From assembly GCA_048882485.1 (NCBI GenBank), contig JBHLRP010000080.1, positions 1 through 10,995 of the forward strand: 10,995 bases of DNA, given 5' to 3'. This document shows positions 1 to 7,918 of this stretch, piece by piece. The notes under the pieces are model-generated. The model was not told where the DNA came from. It searched no databases and saw only the letters and a program-made list of their open reading frames with translations. Numbering within the stretch: the stretch's first letter is position 1; each line of letters opens with the position of its first letter. Origin of the DNA: Candidatus Thorarchaeota archaeon. GTDB lineage: Archaea > Asgardarchaeota > Thorarchaeia > Thorarchaeales > Thorarchaeaceae. Both the position numbers and the translations under genes were made by a program.

Positions 1-2823
1 TTTGCCGCACAAAAGATGGCTGAGAATTGGACAGGAGATGGAACGGAAGAACATCCCTACATCATTGAGGGTTACAACATCACCTTCAGCGGTTTCAATA
101 TCCTGATTTCCAATGTTACAGTATATTTCGAGATTCGTGACTGCTTACTCATCTCCACTCATTACTTACCCCAGATGAATGAATACGATGAAGGCATTTG
201 TATCGTATACTCCACAAATGGTGTGATTTCGAATAACGAGATAAGGGGTGGTGACGCGGGGATATTCACCGGGTGGTCCACTGATATTGAAATCATCGGG
301 AATCAAATTAGCCGCTCAGACCGCAACTGCGATCGAGGGATAATCCTCTACAACTCCACTGGTATTGCAGCTGGTAATTCAATATCCGACTGTGATGTTG
401 ATGGCATATGGGTAACAGGGTCAAGTGATGTGAGAGTAGAATCAAATATCATTCATGAAGGAGGAACAAGCATTGCCATAGAAAGCTCAAATAGCATTCA
501 AGTTTCTCGCAACGAGGCATTTGATACTGGCGGGATTTGGATTTACGATTGTTATATCTGCTCCATAGTTGATAATGAAATGTTCAATGGACCTACAGGA
601 ATCAGTCTCGTTGAATCCAGTAATGTTTCTGTTTTGAACAACAACTTCGATAGGACGGATCCATATGGCATACACATTCAGAATTCTAGGAGTTGCTTCT
701 ATGATGGAAACAGAATCACTAGATGTGATATAGGGTTCTTCATTGAAAATGGTGCTTCCTCCACCTTCTCATTCAACTACATCGTGGGAAGCTACGATTC
801 AGGCATCGTTCTGCTTTCAGGATATAACAACATCATCTATGGCAATCTTCTGGAAAATGGTTTGAATGCATTTGATAATGGTGAAAACAATCAGTGGGAC
901 GATGGTGTTAGTATCGGGAATTACTGGTCTAGTGACTTTGGGCTGGACCCGGTTTCAATACCTGGTGATGCTGATAGTGTAGATTCCTATCCGATAGAAA
1001 TTCTGCCTTTTTCCACCTACACCATTGGATCAATACCTGCTATCTGCAATCCACCCATTATTCAAGTGAGTCCTGTTGACACGGCAAGTCTCAAGTGGGT
1101 TGCATGGGGCGTTTCCGATTACGTGTACACCCTAACCAGGAATGGGTCAGAGACAGATTCCAGTATATGGACTGGATCTGGTTCCTATACGATTCTTTTA
1201 TCGAATCTTCCTGACGGGGTATACTCATTCCGTTTTTCTATTTGGGATGGCAGTTCTCCTATTCACAGTGATGCAATAATCAGAGTACCTGGATTTGAGC
1301 TGCTCAATGATTATGATGGCGATGGGATGCTAGACCTATGGGAATTTGAATATGGCTTCAATCCTGCATATGAAGGAGATGCCAGCGAGGACGTGGATGA
1401 AGATGAGTTGACCAATCTACAGGAGTATAATCTTGGGACAAATCCCTATAGCGATGATTCGGATGGAGATTCCATCTCAGATCTCTGGGAGGTCAGCAAT
1501 GGCTTTGATCCTACTAATCCCAATGTTCCGCTTATCGAGATTGTGCTGTTCTTTCAAGCCTATGTAATTGGCGTCCCTTCAGCTTTTCTGATACTTGGGG
1601 GAGTCGCAATGCTACTAAAAAGCCTGCCAGAAGAAAAGAAGTCGCGATTACCCATAAAAGGACCAATTTCGTATGCATTATTGCTGAAGGTCATAATTGC
1701 ATTCTTTATCCTCCTCCTAATCCCCTTGGAAATCGATTTCACGGAGGATTATACAGCGGGGGCTCTATTCTTATACTACTCACTGGCCTCAGTCTTCATC
1801 CAACAAAGCAGATTGCAGACACCTGAAGAGTTGGCTATTTGGTCGGCGTCTACAGAATTGATGCAGCCCATCACTCTGCTTGCTGCAATTGCCATTCTCA
1901 TACCATCTGTCTATCTGATACTCAAACTGAGAAATCATCCCGGAGATCAACCGACTCTCAACATGACCACGGCGACTCTATTTGCTACTATCATTTTGAC
2001 CACATTTTTTGTGGAAATGTTTCCACCTTCGGAACTCTTTTGGATTTTTCAATCAAATCCTGCGTCGATATTGAGGAGATTCGGAACCCTTGTCATCTTC
2101 GTCTTCATTGTCCTACCAATTCTCTCTCGAGAAGCTTTTCTTTGGGGAAAAGACAGGCTCCTAGAGAAAACGAAGACCTCCAAGTCAAGGATCCCGTGGC
2201 CAAACAGATTCTCAGTTATTGGTTGCCTTTGGGGCTTGATGGTGTTTCTCATTCCTAGTACTGCAGTCGTTCAGATATGGAATCCTACAACGACAACGCT
2301 GGGAATAGAATCACCATTATATGCGATTAGACAAACGATAAGTAACGCTCCAGCGCCGGGCAATGTCAATGACTGGATGGTATTCTCAGTAGATATCTAT
2401 CCGGTTTTCGATTTCATCACTTCTCTCGCGTTGAGTGTCTTTCACATACTATTTGGGTTCTATGTTCTGAGATACCTTCGTGGCATGATTCGCAGAAAAA
2501 GAGTCATTCAGTTGGGGATTCTAAGTGGTCTAGCACCTATCCTGTATTACTTCATGGCTTCATACAATCTTGAGATTGAAGCGATAATTGCCATTCCAAT
2601 TCCCATTGCCTTAATCTGTGGAGTTGTAGCAATGGTGATGATTGTACCGAATGTACCAGAGGTGAGGGTCGAAGAACCTAAAGAGGAGGGTATTATCCCT
2701 TCACCAAAGATCCATCATCCGATTCCGCCGGAGGAACCTAGTATCCAAGTTCCTTTCATCTATTACATGAAGAGTAAGCTGAGGGATTTCTTCAGAAGGA
2801 AAGCTGAATCTGAAGCTCCCTAG
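1..2823 (+). CDS. Cell-surface/membrane protein (5'-partial): right-handed parallel beta-helix (NosD/CASH/pectin-lyase-like) + Ig-like domain + thrombospondin type-3-like Ca-binding repeats + multi-pass membrane domain
   Basis: The frame is open from base 1 (TTT GCC GCA CAA AAG ATG = FAAQKM) and no signal peptide is present, so the true start is probably upstream. N-terminal GDGTEEHPYIIEGYNI is followed by PbH1-type repeats (GIxI..S.N..I.NN.I), capped by NQWDDGVSIGNYWS...DSYP. Then come a beta-rich segment (LKWVAW..YVYTLTRNG..LPDGVYSFRF), DxDxDG/TNP acidic repeats and about 10 hydrophobic helices. Stop TAG at 2821-2823. Confidence 0.85.
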   Translation, partial: FAAQKMAENWTGDGTEEHPYIIEGYNITFSGFNILISNVTVYFEIRDCLLISTHYLPQMNEYDEGICIVYSTNGVISNNEIRGGDAGIFTGWSTDIEIIGNQISRSDRNCDRGIILYNSTGIAAGNSISDCDVDGIWVTGSSDVRVESNIIHEGGTSIAIESSNSIQVSRNEAFDTGGIWIYDCYICSIVDNEMFNGPTGISLVESSNVSVLNNNFDRTDPYGIHIQNSRSCFYDGNRITRCDIGFFIENGASSTFSFNYIVGSYDSGIVLLSGYNNIIYGNLLENGLNAFDNGENNQWDDGVSIGNYWSSDFGLDPVSIPGDADSVDSYPIEILPFSTYTIGSIPAICNPPIIQVSPVDTASLKWVAWGVSDYVYTLTRNGSETDSSIWTGSGSYTILLSNLPDGVYSFRFSIWDGSSPIHSDAIIRVPGFELLNDYDGDGMLDLWEFEYGFNPAYEGDASEDVDEDELTNLQEYNLGTNPYSDDSDGDSISDLWEVSNGFDPTNPNVPLIEIVLFFQAYVIGVPSAFLILGGVAMLLKSLPEEKKSRLPIKGPISYALLLKVIIAFFILLLIPLEIDFTEDYTAGALFLYYSLASVFIQQSRLQTPEELAIWSASTELMQPITLLAAIAILIPSVYLILKLRNHPGDQPTLNMTTATLFATIILTTFFVEMFPPSELFWIFQSNPASILRRFGTLVIFVFIVLPILSREAFLWGKDRLLEKTKTSKSRIPWPNRFSVIGCLWGLMVFLIPSTAVVQIWNPTTTTLGIESPLYAIRQTISNAPAPGNVNDWMVFSVDIYPVFDFITSLALSVFHILFGFYVLRYLRGMIRRKRVIQLGILSGLAPILYYFMASYNLEIEAIIAIPIPIALICGVVAMVMIVPNVPEVRVEEPKEEGIIPSPKIHHPIPPEEPSIQVPFIYYMKSKLRDFFRRKAESEAP
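1309..1521 (+). repeat. Three protein-level TSP3-like/Ca2+-binding repeats within the surface protein
   Basis: DYDGDGMLDLWEFEYGFNP / DVDEDELTNLQEYNLGTNP / DSDGDSISDLWEVSNGFDP: DxDxDxxxDxxE...GxNP pattern. Confidence 0.8.
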
Positions 2824-2854
2824 CAATAGAAGCAATGCCAAGCCTCTCAGCACA

Positions 2855-2861
2855 TTTATAT
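2855..2861 (+). promoter_or_regulatory. Archaeal TATA box for the padR-like operon
   Basis: TTTATAT in the intergenic region after the upstream stop. The expected TSS about 25 nt downstream falls inside the operator dyad. Confidence 0.65.
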
Positions 2862-2862
2862 C

Positions 2863-2895
2863 TAGGTAGAATTCTACGTAGTAGGACTCTACCTA
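2863..2895. promoter_or_regulatory. Putative PadR operator: 33-bp dyad with two GTAG-N4-CTAC palindromes
   Basis: TAGGTAGAATTCTACGTAGTAGGACTCTACCTA contains a perfect 12-bp palindrome GTAGAATTCTAC (2866-2877) and an imperfect copy GTAGGACTCTAC (2881-2892). The outer arms TAGGTAGA (2863-2870) and TCTACCTA (2888-2895) are perfect inverted repeats. It lies immediately downstream of the TATA box and upstream of a PadR gene. Confidence 0.75.
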
Positions 2896-2955
2896 TCGAG
2901 GTGTTGAATTATCAGCATCAGACCTTTCCTACCCACTGGCGGCAAGCTCACGCCA

Positions 2956-3471
2956 ATGCAGTTGCTGATCTTCATTCAACTCCTTGAAGGACCGAAGTAC
3001 GGATACGAAATCCTGACGAATCTTCGTGATACATTTGAAGGGGTATGGGTTCCGAAGACAGGAACACTCTATCCAGCACTCAAGACACTGGTGAAAAAGG
3101 GATTCATCTCAGTGGAAACCGTAAAAGACACGATATATTATAGGCTGACTGAGAAAGGTCTGGATTACGTTCGGGATACGAGGGACTTTGTCAAAGAGTA
3201 TGTGCTGTTCAATTATCAGTTCATGACTGTGGCGGCCAAGAAACTCCCCGCTGAGTTCATGATGGACTTGCTGCTTAATTTGCAGGAATTGGGAATCGAC
3301 GACATTATTCCTGAGAATACGATCATTGAGGCGATTAGGAGCATTCCGGACCTCGAGGTTCAGAGGGAGCTCCTTGAATTGAGAAAAAGGGTTCTCTTGG
3401 ACAAGGTGGGTGTGATCAGAAAGGAGCTGCAGTTGATTGAGAAAGAGAGTATAAAGAAGAAAAGAGGGTGA
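2956..3471 (+). CDS. PadR-family winged-helix transcriptional regulator with C-terminal helical extension
   Basis: LLIFIQLLEGPKYGYEIL...WVPKTGTLYPALKTLVKKGFI...YYRLTEKG is the PadR signature. An alternative upstream start at ATT/ATC 2908/2911 is possible (see findings). Confidence 0.93.
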   Translation: MQLLIFIQLLEGPKYGYEILTNLRDTFEGVWVPKTGTLYPALKTLVKKGFISVETVKDTIYYRLTEKGLDYVRDTRDFVKEYVLFNYQFMTVAAKKLPAEFMMDLLLNLQELGIDDIIPENTIIEAIRSIPDLEVQRELLELRKRVLLDKVGVIRKELQLIEKESIKKKRG

Positions 3472-3475
3472 GAGT

Positions 3476-4885
3476 GTGGTGGTACGCGATTACGACGTTG
3501 TCATAGTTGGAGCAGGGCCTGGAGGATCGATTGCAGCGAAGGAAGCCGCTGAGAAGGGCCTTAAGACCATATTCTTCGAAAGGGGGAGGAAACCCGGGGA
3601 AAAGAACTCATCTGGCTGTGGCTTGGGACCCCGGATGTGGCTTGACTTTGACATCATGAAAGAACTGACCCCCGAGGCCTGTCCCTCTATGCGAGCAGGT
3701 GCAGCGGCGCGCAATTATTTCGTTAACTCTGAGAATATTGTTGCGGGCTATGTCATGACGCGGCCAACCGAATCAGTCTCATATGAACCTGCAAAGAGCT
3801 TCATCACAATGAACGTGTATCGAAGTGAATTTGACCCTTGGTTGGCTGAATTTGCCACGCAAGCTGGAGCTGAACTCAAGACGTCCACTCTCATCACTGG
3901 GCTCATTAAGGAGAATGGAAAGGTCATTGGAGTCATTGACGAAAGAGGTGACAAGTATAGGGGACTCGTGATAGGGGCTGATGGAGCTGTTTCGACTATT
4001 GCACGAGATAGTGGTCTGAGATCACGTTGGGAGCAGGAGAATGTAACTTTGACAACCCAGTACGATTTTTCTGTGGACCCTGACAAGATAGATGATATCA
4101 TGGGAGATGAAGCACTTGCTGTGTGGTGGTCAGCTACATTTCCTGCAGCGTATCAAGTCTTCTTTAATGACGGGTTCCATATTGGTTTTGGTAATTGGAT
4201 GAGATGGTGGGACAAGAACCCACTCCATTATCTCAATCAGGTGGTCAGTCTAAAATACTTCCAGCGGTTGATGAGAATTCTGGATGCAAAGCCTCGTGAG
4301 TTTCAAGCCCACCTACTCCCATGGCAGGGCTATCCAGAGAACACACACACTGACAATGTAATATTGATTGGGGATGCAGGTGGCTTCCCATGTCCGCTCG
4401 AGGCAGAAGGAATCTATCCTGCTATGATCACTGCTCGCGCAGCTATAGAAACAGTAGCTGAAGCAATATCAGAGGGTGATACATCAAAGGAGTTTCTATC
4501 TCGGTTTGACACAAAGTGGAAGGCAACCAGTGTGGGGGAGGAGTTTGAAACTGGTCCTGAGCTTGCTAGCATTTGGAAGGCTCTTCCTTTCAGTCCAAGG
4601 AAGACCATGAGCTGGTTTGTGCCATTGCTAATGGAGATACTTGGCGGAATCATTGATTGGTCGCAGCCGCATTCGAAACGAGTACGTGAAGTTGCCAGAA
4701 GAATCAAACACTATCTCCCGATTGCCGCTCCCTTCATTCTGAAGGAGGTTCTACCTCTGCTGTCCGCAATACTTGGCGACAAAATGGATCTCCTGACAGA
4801 CCCCGCGAAGCTCATAGAGTCAATGCCTGAGCTTGAAAACGCAATAGCACAAGCATTTGGATATGAAGAGGAGGGGGATGAATGA
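3476..4885 (+). CDS. FAD-dependent oxidoreductase, FixC (ETF-QO-like)/geranylgeranyl reductase family
   Basis: Rossmann motif DVVIVGAGPGG, FixC-type ERGRKPGEKNSSG, RSEFDPWLA, IGADG, and LIGDAGGF..PLEAEGIYPAM. GTG start 4 nt after the padR stop, with SD-like GAGGGTG overlapping that stop. Confidence 0.9.
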   Translation: MVVRDYDVVIVGAGPGGSIAAKEAAEKGLKTIFFERGRKPGEKNSSGCGLGPRMWLDFDIMKELTPEACPSMRAGAAARNYFVNSENIVAGYVMTRPTESVSYEPAKSFITMNVYRSEFDPWLAEFATQAGAELKTSTLITGLIKENGKVIGVIDERGDKYRGLVIGADGAVSTIARDSGLRSRWEQENVTLTTQYDFSVDPDKIDDIMGDEALAVWWSATFPAAYQVFFNDGFHIGFGNWMRWWDKNPLHYLNQVVSLKYFQRLMRILDAKPREFQAHLLPWQGYPENTHTDNVILIGDAGGFPCPLEAEGIYPAMITARAAIETVAEAISEGDTSKEFLSRFDTKWKATSVGEEFETGPELASIWKALPFSPRKTMSWFVPLLMEILGGIIDWSQPHSKRVREVARRIKHYLPIAAPFILKEVLPLLSAILGDKMDLLTDPAKLIESMPELENAIAQAFGYEEEGDE

Positions 4886-5154
4886 AGAAGATTAGAGTCG
4901 AAGACCTCGTGAAGAGAGTGCCGGGCACAGGTGATTTCATCAGTATTGACAAAGAGAAATGTTCCCTCTGTGGTCGCTGCCTAATCATTTGTGTCATGAA
5001 TCTATGGAAGAAGAAAGGGAAATCAGCATACATTGTTGATGATTATCAGTCGAAATGTCTGGAGTGTGCCGCGTGCTATCAAGTATGCGATGAGCGAGCA
5101 ATTAGCTTCCAATATCCTATTGGCGGTACAGGTATTGTGTTTGAGAGGGGTTAG
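4882..5154 (+). CDS. FixX-like 2x[4Fe-4S] ferredoxin
   Basis: CSLCGRCLIIC and CLECAACYQVC motifs plus the FixX-type C-terminus FQYPIGGTGIVFERG. ATGA overlap with the upstream flavoprotein. Confidence 0.9.
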   Translation: MKKIRVEDLVKRVPGTGDFISIDKEKCSLCGRCLIICVMNLWKKKGKSAYIVDDYQSKCLECAACYQVCDERAISFQYPIGGTGIVFERG

Positions 5155-5186
5155 AGAACAGAGGATGTAAGGAGGACCAAGATGCA

Positions 5187-6650
5187 TTGGAAAAGAAAGT
5201 CATAGACAGATTGACGGCCATCGTTGGCGAAGATAATATTGTCATAGACACAACTGAACTGAGCGAATACTCTGGCAATCCAGCATGCGTTGTAAAGCCT
5301 ACTGAAACTGAACAAGCGCAGCAGATTGTGAAATTGGCAAATGAACACAGACTACATGTAATTCCAACTAGTTCTGGATTACCTAGGTTACGAGGCCAAA
5401 CATCTGCCAAAGGTGAGGACACTGTGATTGTCGACCTCCGACTAATGAAGAGGATTCTCAGAGTTGACACCAAGAACCGAGTAGTCACGGTTGAACCGGG
5501 AGTTACATTCGAAGAGCTGATACATGAACTCGACAAAAATGGTTTGCTGCCTCTTATGCCTCTATTGCCCAAGGCGTCGCAGTCAGTGTTAGCTAGTGCT
5601 CTGGACCAAGAACCTATCACAACTCCGCGGTTCCATTGGGACTCTCCAGACCCTCTCCTTTGCACGGAAACTATCTTTGGAAATGGAGATTTATTTCGAA
5701 CAGGTTCAGCTGCTGGCCCAGGCACATTGGAAGAACAATGGGCCTCTGGGCAGGCTCAAAAGAATCCAATGGGACCATCACAATTTGATCCATACAGGAT
5801 TATCCAGGGATCTCAAGGCACAATTGGTATTGTCACATGGGCTTCAATAAAATGCGAAACTAAGCCGAAGAACGGCCAACTCCTATTAGCACCACTTGAG
5901 AATCTAGAGGACTTGGTCGAATTCACCTACATCATGCTTCGCCGGAAGCTTGCTGACGATCTCTTCATTATGAACGCGCTAAGCCTGTCATCAGCAATGA
6001 ATATGACTCACGAAGAGATTAGCGAAATGGAGAGGAAACTACCTGAATGGACGCTGATTCTTAGCTTCGCCGGGAGAGGATTAATGGCTCAAGAAGAGCT
6101 TGATTACAGGGTGGCAGATTCGCGGGATATTGCCACAGCAAATGGTCTGACTCTCACTGACAGCTTCGACGATATTCCCGCGGAAGAAGTCAAGAAAATG
6201 ATCGGGGTCCCTTGTCCAGAGCAATATTGGAAACTCCGATACAAAGGGGCGTGCAAAGAAGTCTTCTTCCTCACCACACTAGATCTGACAAGCTACCTAT
6301 ACTCTGAGTTTCTCAATGCTGCAAGAGAGAATAGGTTCCCAGCTGATAGTATTGGTGTTTATTTGCAGCCCACAATTCAAGGCACGAACACGCATTGCTT
6401 TTTTGACATATATTACGACTCGCAAGATTCCAATCAATCAGAGGCTGCTGAAGCCCTCTTTCAAAATGGCAGCATGCTGCTAATGGACAAGGGGGCATAC
6501 TTCAGCAGACCGGTTCCAGCCATCGCTGGGTCTGTCTTCTCACGTTCTTCACCTGAAAACATCTCAGCGATGAAGCGAGTGAAATCGATCTTCGACGCCA
6601 ATCTCGTAATGAGTCCTGACAATCTATGCTTTGAGGAGGTGCGGGAATGA
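5187..6650 (+). CDS. FAD-binding oxidoreductase subunit A, VAO/PCMH (FAD_binding_4, GlcD/GlcE-like) family
   Basis: PACVVKPTETEQAQQIVKLAN, IVDLRLMKRILRVD..NRVVTVEPGVTFEEL, GSQGTIGIVT, and C-terminal KRVKSIFDANLVMSP. TTG start with SD GGAGG at 5171-5175 (start uncertain, see findings). Confidence 0.9.
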   Translation: MEKKVIDRLTAIVGEDNIVIDTTELSEYSGNPACVVKPTETEQAQQIVKLANEHRLHVIPTSSGLPRLRGQTSAKGEDTVIVDLRLMKRILRVDTKNRVVTVEPGVTFEELIHELDKNGLLPLMPLLPKASQSVLASALDQEPITTPRFHWDSPDPLLCTETIFGNGDLFRTGSAAGPGTLEEQWASGQAQKNPMGPSQFDPYRIIQGSQGTIGIVTWASIKCETKPKNGQLLLAPLENLEDLVEFTYIMLRRKLADDLFIMNALSLSSAMNMTHEEISEMERKLPEWTLILSFAGRGLMAQEELDYRVADSRDIATANGLTLTDSFDDIPAEEVKKMIGVPCPEQYWKLRYKGACKEVFFLTTLDLTSYLYSEFLNAARENRFPADSIGVYLQPTIQGTNTHCFFDIYYDSQDSNQSEAAEALFQNGSMLLMDKGAYFSRPVPAIAGSVFSRSSPENISAMKRVKSIFDANLVMSPDNLCFEEVRE

Positions 6651-7918
6651 CCCTTGGCGATTTCGAAGATATGATGGACAGTTGCGTCCGTTGCTCCAAG
6701 TGCAAATTTCTGCCGCAGCTGCAGATCAAGAGTAAGAGGTTCTCCCATATCTGCCCGTCGATAGAGTACTATAACTTCCATGCGTATTCGGGAGGGGGGC
6801 GAATGATAATGGCAAACGCTCTGCACAAAGGACGGATTGAGTTCTCCCAGGGATTGTTAGATGTTCTCTATAGATGCACAAACTGTGGAGGATGTGAGGT
6901 TTCTTGCAAGTGGGTATATGACCTTGAACCAAACGAGGTCATCCATGAGCTTAGGACCAAAGTGGTGGAATCAGGAGCTGGACCAATGCCTATGCACAAG
7001 AGGTACATTGAGCTAGTGGAAAGAAAACAGAATCCCTACGGAGAGGAAGCAGAAAGAAGACCTTCATGGCTCACTGATGAGGTTAAGATTGATGAGAATT
7101 CCTCCACCGTCTATTTTGTTGGTTGCACCGCAGCTTATCGGCGCGAGGAGATTGCTCTATCAACAGCTCGTGTATTGAATGCTGCCAAAGAGCACTTCCG
7201 AATACTTGGCTCTGATGAGTTCTGTTGCGGGAGCCCCGTCTACAGAGTTGGTGATCGAAGCAAAGCTATTGAGATAATGAAGAGCAATGTGGAGCTCTTT
7301 GGGGAACATGGGGTGAAGTCAATCATCACAAGCTGCTCTGGCTGCTATAACATGTTAGCAACTGAATATCCTCGCTTCGTTGGGACTGACTTTGAGGTCA
7401 TTCATATCTCACAATTGCTGGAGTCCTCTATTGAAGAAGGAAGACTGGATCTCAAGCATAAGGTCCCAATGAAAGTTACCTACCATGATCCATGCCATCT
7501 GGGAAGAATGGCTGAACCCTATGAACCGTATGAGGGCGAGAAGATTGAGATTCTCTCTCGGGTCTATATCTGGGACCCGCCAAGGCAAGAACGACGAGGC
7601 GCAGGAGGAGTGTATGATGCTCCACGAAATGTGCTGAAGCAGATTCCAGGTGTTGAGCTCATAGAGATGGAAAGGATACGGGAGTACTCGTATTGCTGCG
7701 GTGCTGGAGCGGGCGTGAAGGCAGCATATCCAGACTTTGCCCTGTGGACAGCCAACGAACGAGTGTATGAGGCGGAGTGTACAGGTGCTGAGGCTCTTGT
7801 TTCGGTATGTCCCTTCTGTAGCACGAATTTCAAAGATAGTCTGAGAAACAGGGAGAGTCCATTGGAGTATTATGACCTGACAGAGTTGGTGATGAAGAGT
7901 CTGGAGGGAGGCGAATAG
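6647..7918 (+). CDS. Fe-S oxidoreductase with two [4Fe-4S] motifs and two CCG domains (GlcF/HdrD/GlpC-like)
   Basis: CVRCSKC..CP, CTNCGGCEVSC, YFVGC, EFCCGSP, TSCSGC, YHDPCHLGR, YCCGAGAG, SVCPFC. ATGA overlap with SD GGAGGTG. Confidence 0.93.
   Translation: MTLGDFEDMMDSCVRCSKCKFLPQLQIKSKRFSHICPSIEYYNFHAYSGGGRMIMANALHKGRIEFSQGLLDVLYRCTNCGGCEVSCKWVYDLEPNEVIHELRTKVVESGAGPMPMHKRYIELVERKQNPYGEEAERRPSWLTDEVKIDENSSTVYFVGCTAAYRREEIALSTARVLNAAKEHFRILGSDEFCCGSPVYRVGDRSKAIEIMKSNVELFGEHGVKSIITSCSGCYNMLATEYPRFVGTDFEVIHISQLLESSIEEGRLDLKHKVPMKVTYHDPCHLGRMAEPYEPYEGEKIEILSRVYIWDPPRQERRGAGGVYDAPRNVLKQIPGVELIEMERIREYSYCCGAGAGVKAAYPDFALWTANERVYEAECTGAEALVSVCPFCSTNFKDSLRNRESPLEYYDLTELVMKSLEGGE

Noticed and set aside
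1-996. nosD (nitrous-oxide reductase accessory protein) or a pectate lyase
   Set aside because: It is a generic beta-helix repeat with no nos genes nearby and no lyase catalytic motif recognised.
2863-2895. CRISPR repeat or IS terminal inverted repeat
   Set aside because: It is a single 33-bp element with no spacer array, no cas genes and no transposase. Its position after a TATA box fits an operator.
3476-5154. Nitrogen-fixation role implied by fixC/fixX
   Set aside because: There are no nif or fixAB genes in the window, and the family is widespread outside diazotrophs.
5117-5725. 202-aa minus-strand ORF
   Set aside because: It is an antisense shadow of the well-supported flavoprotein A, Ser/Thr-rich with no motifs.
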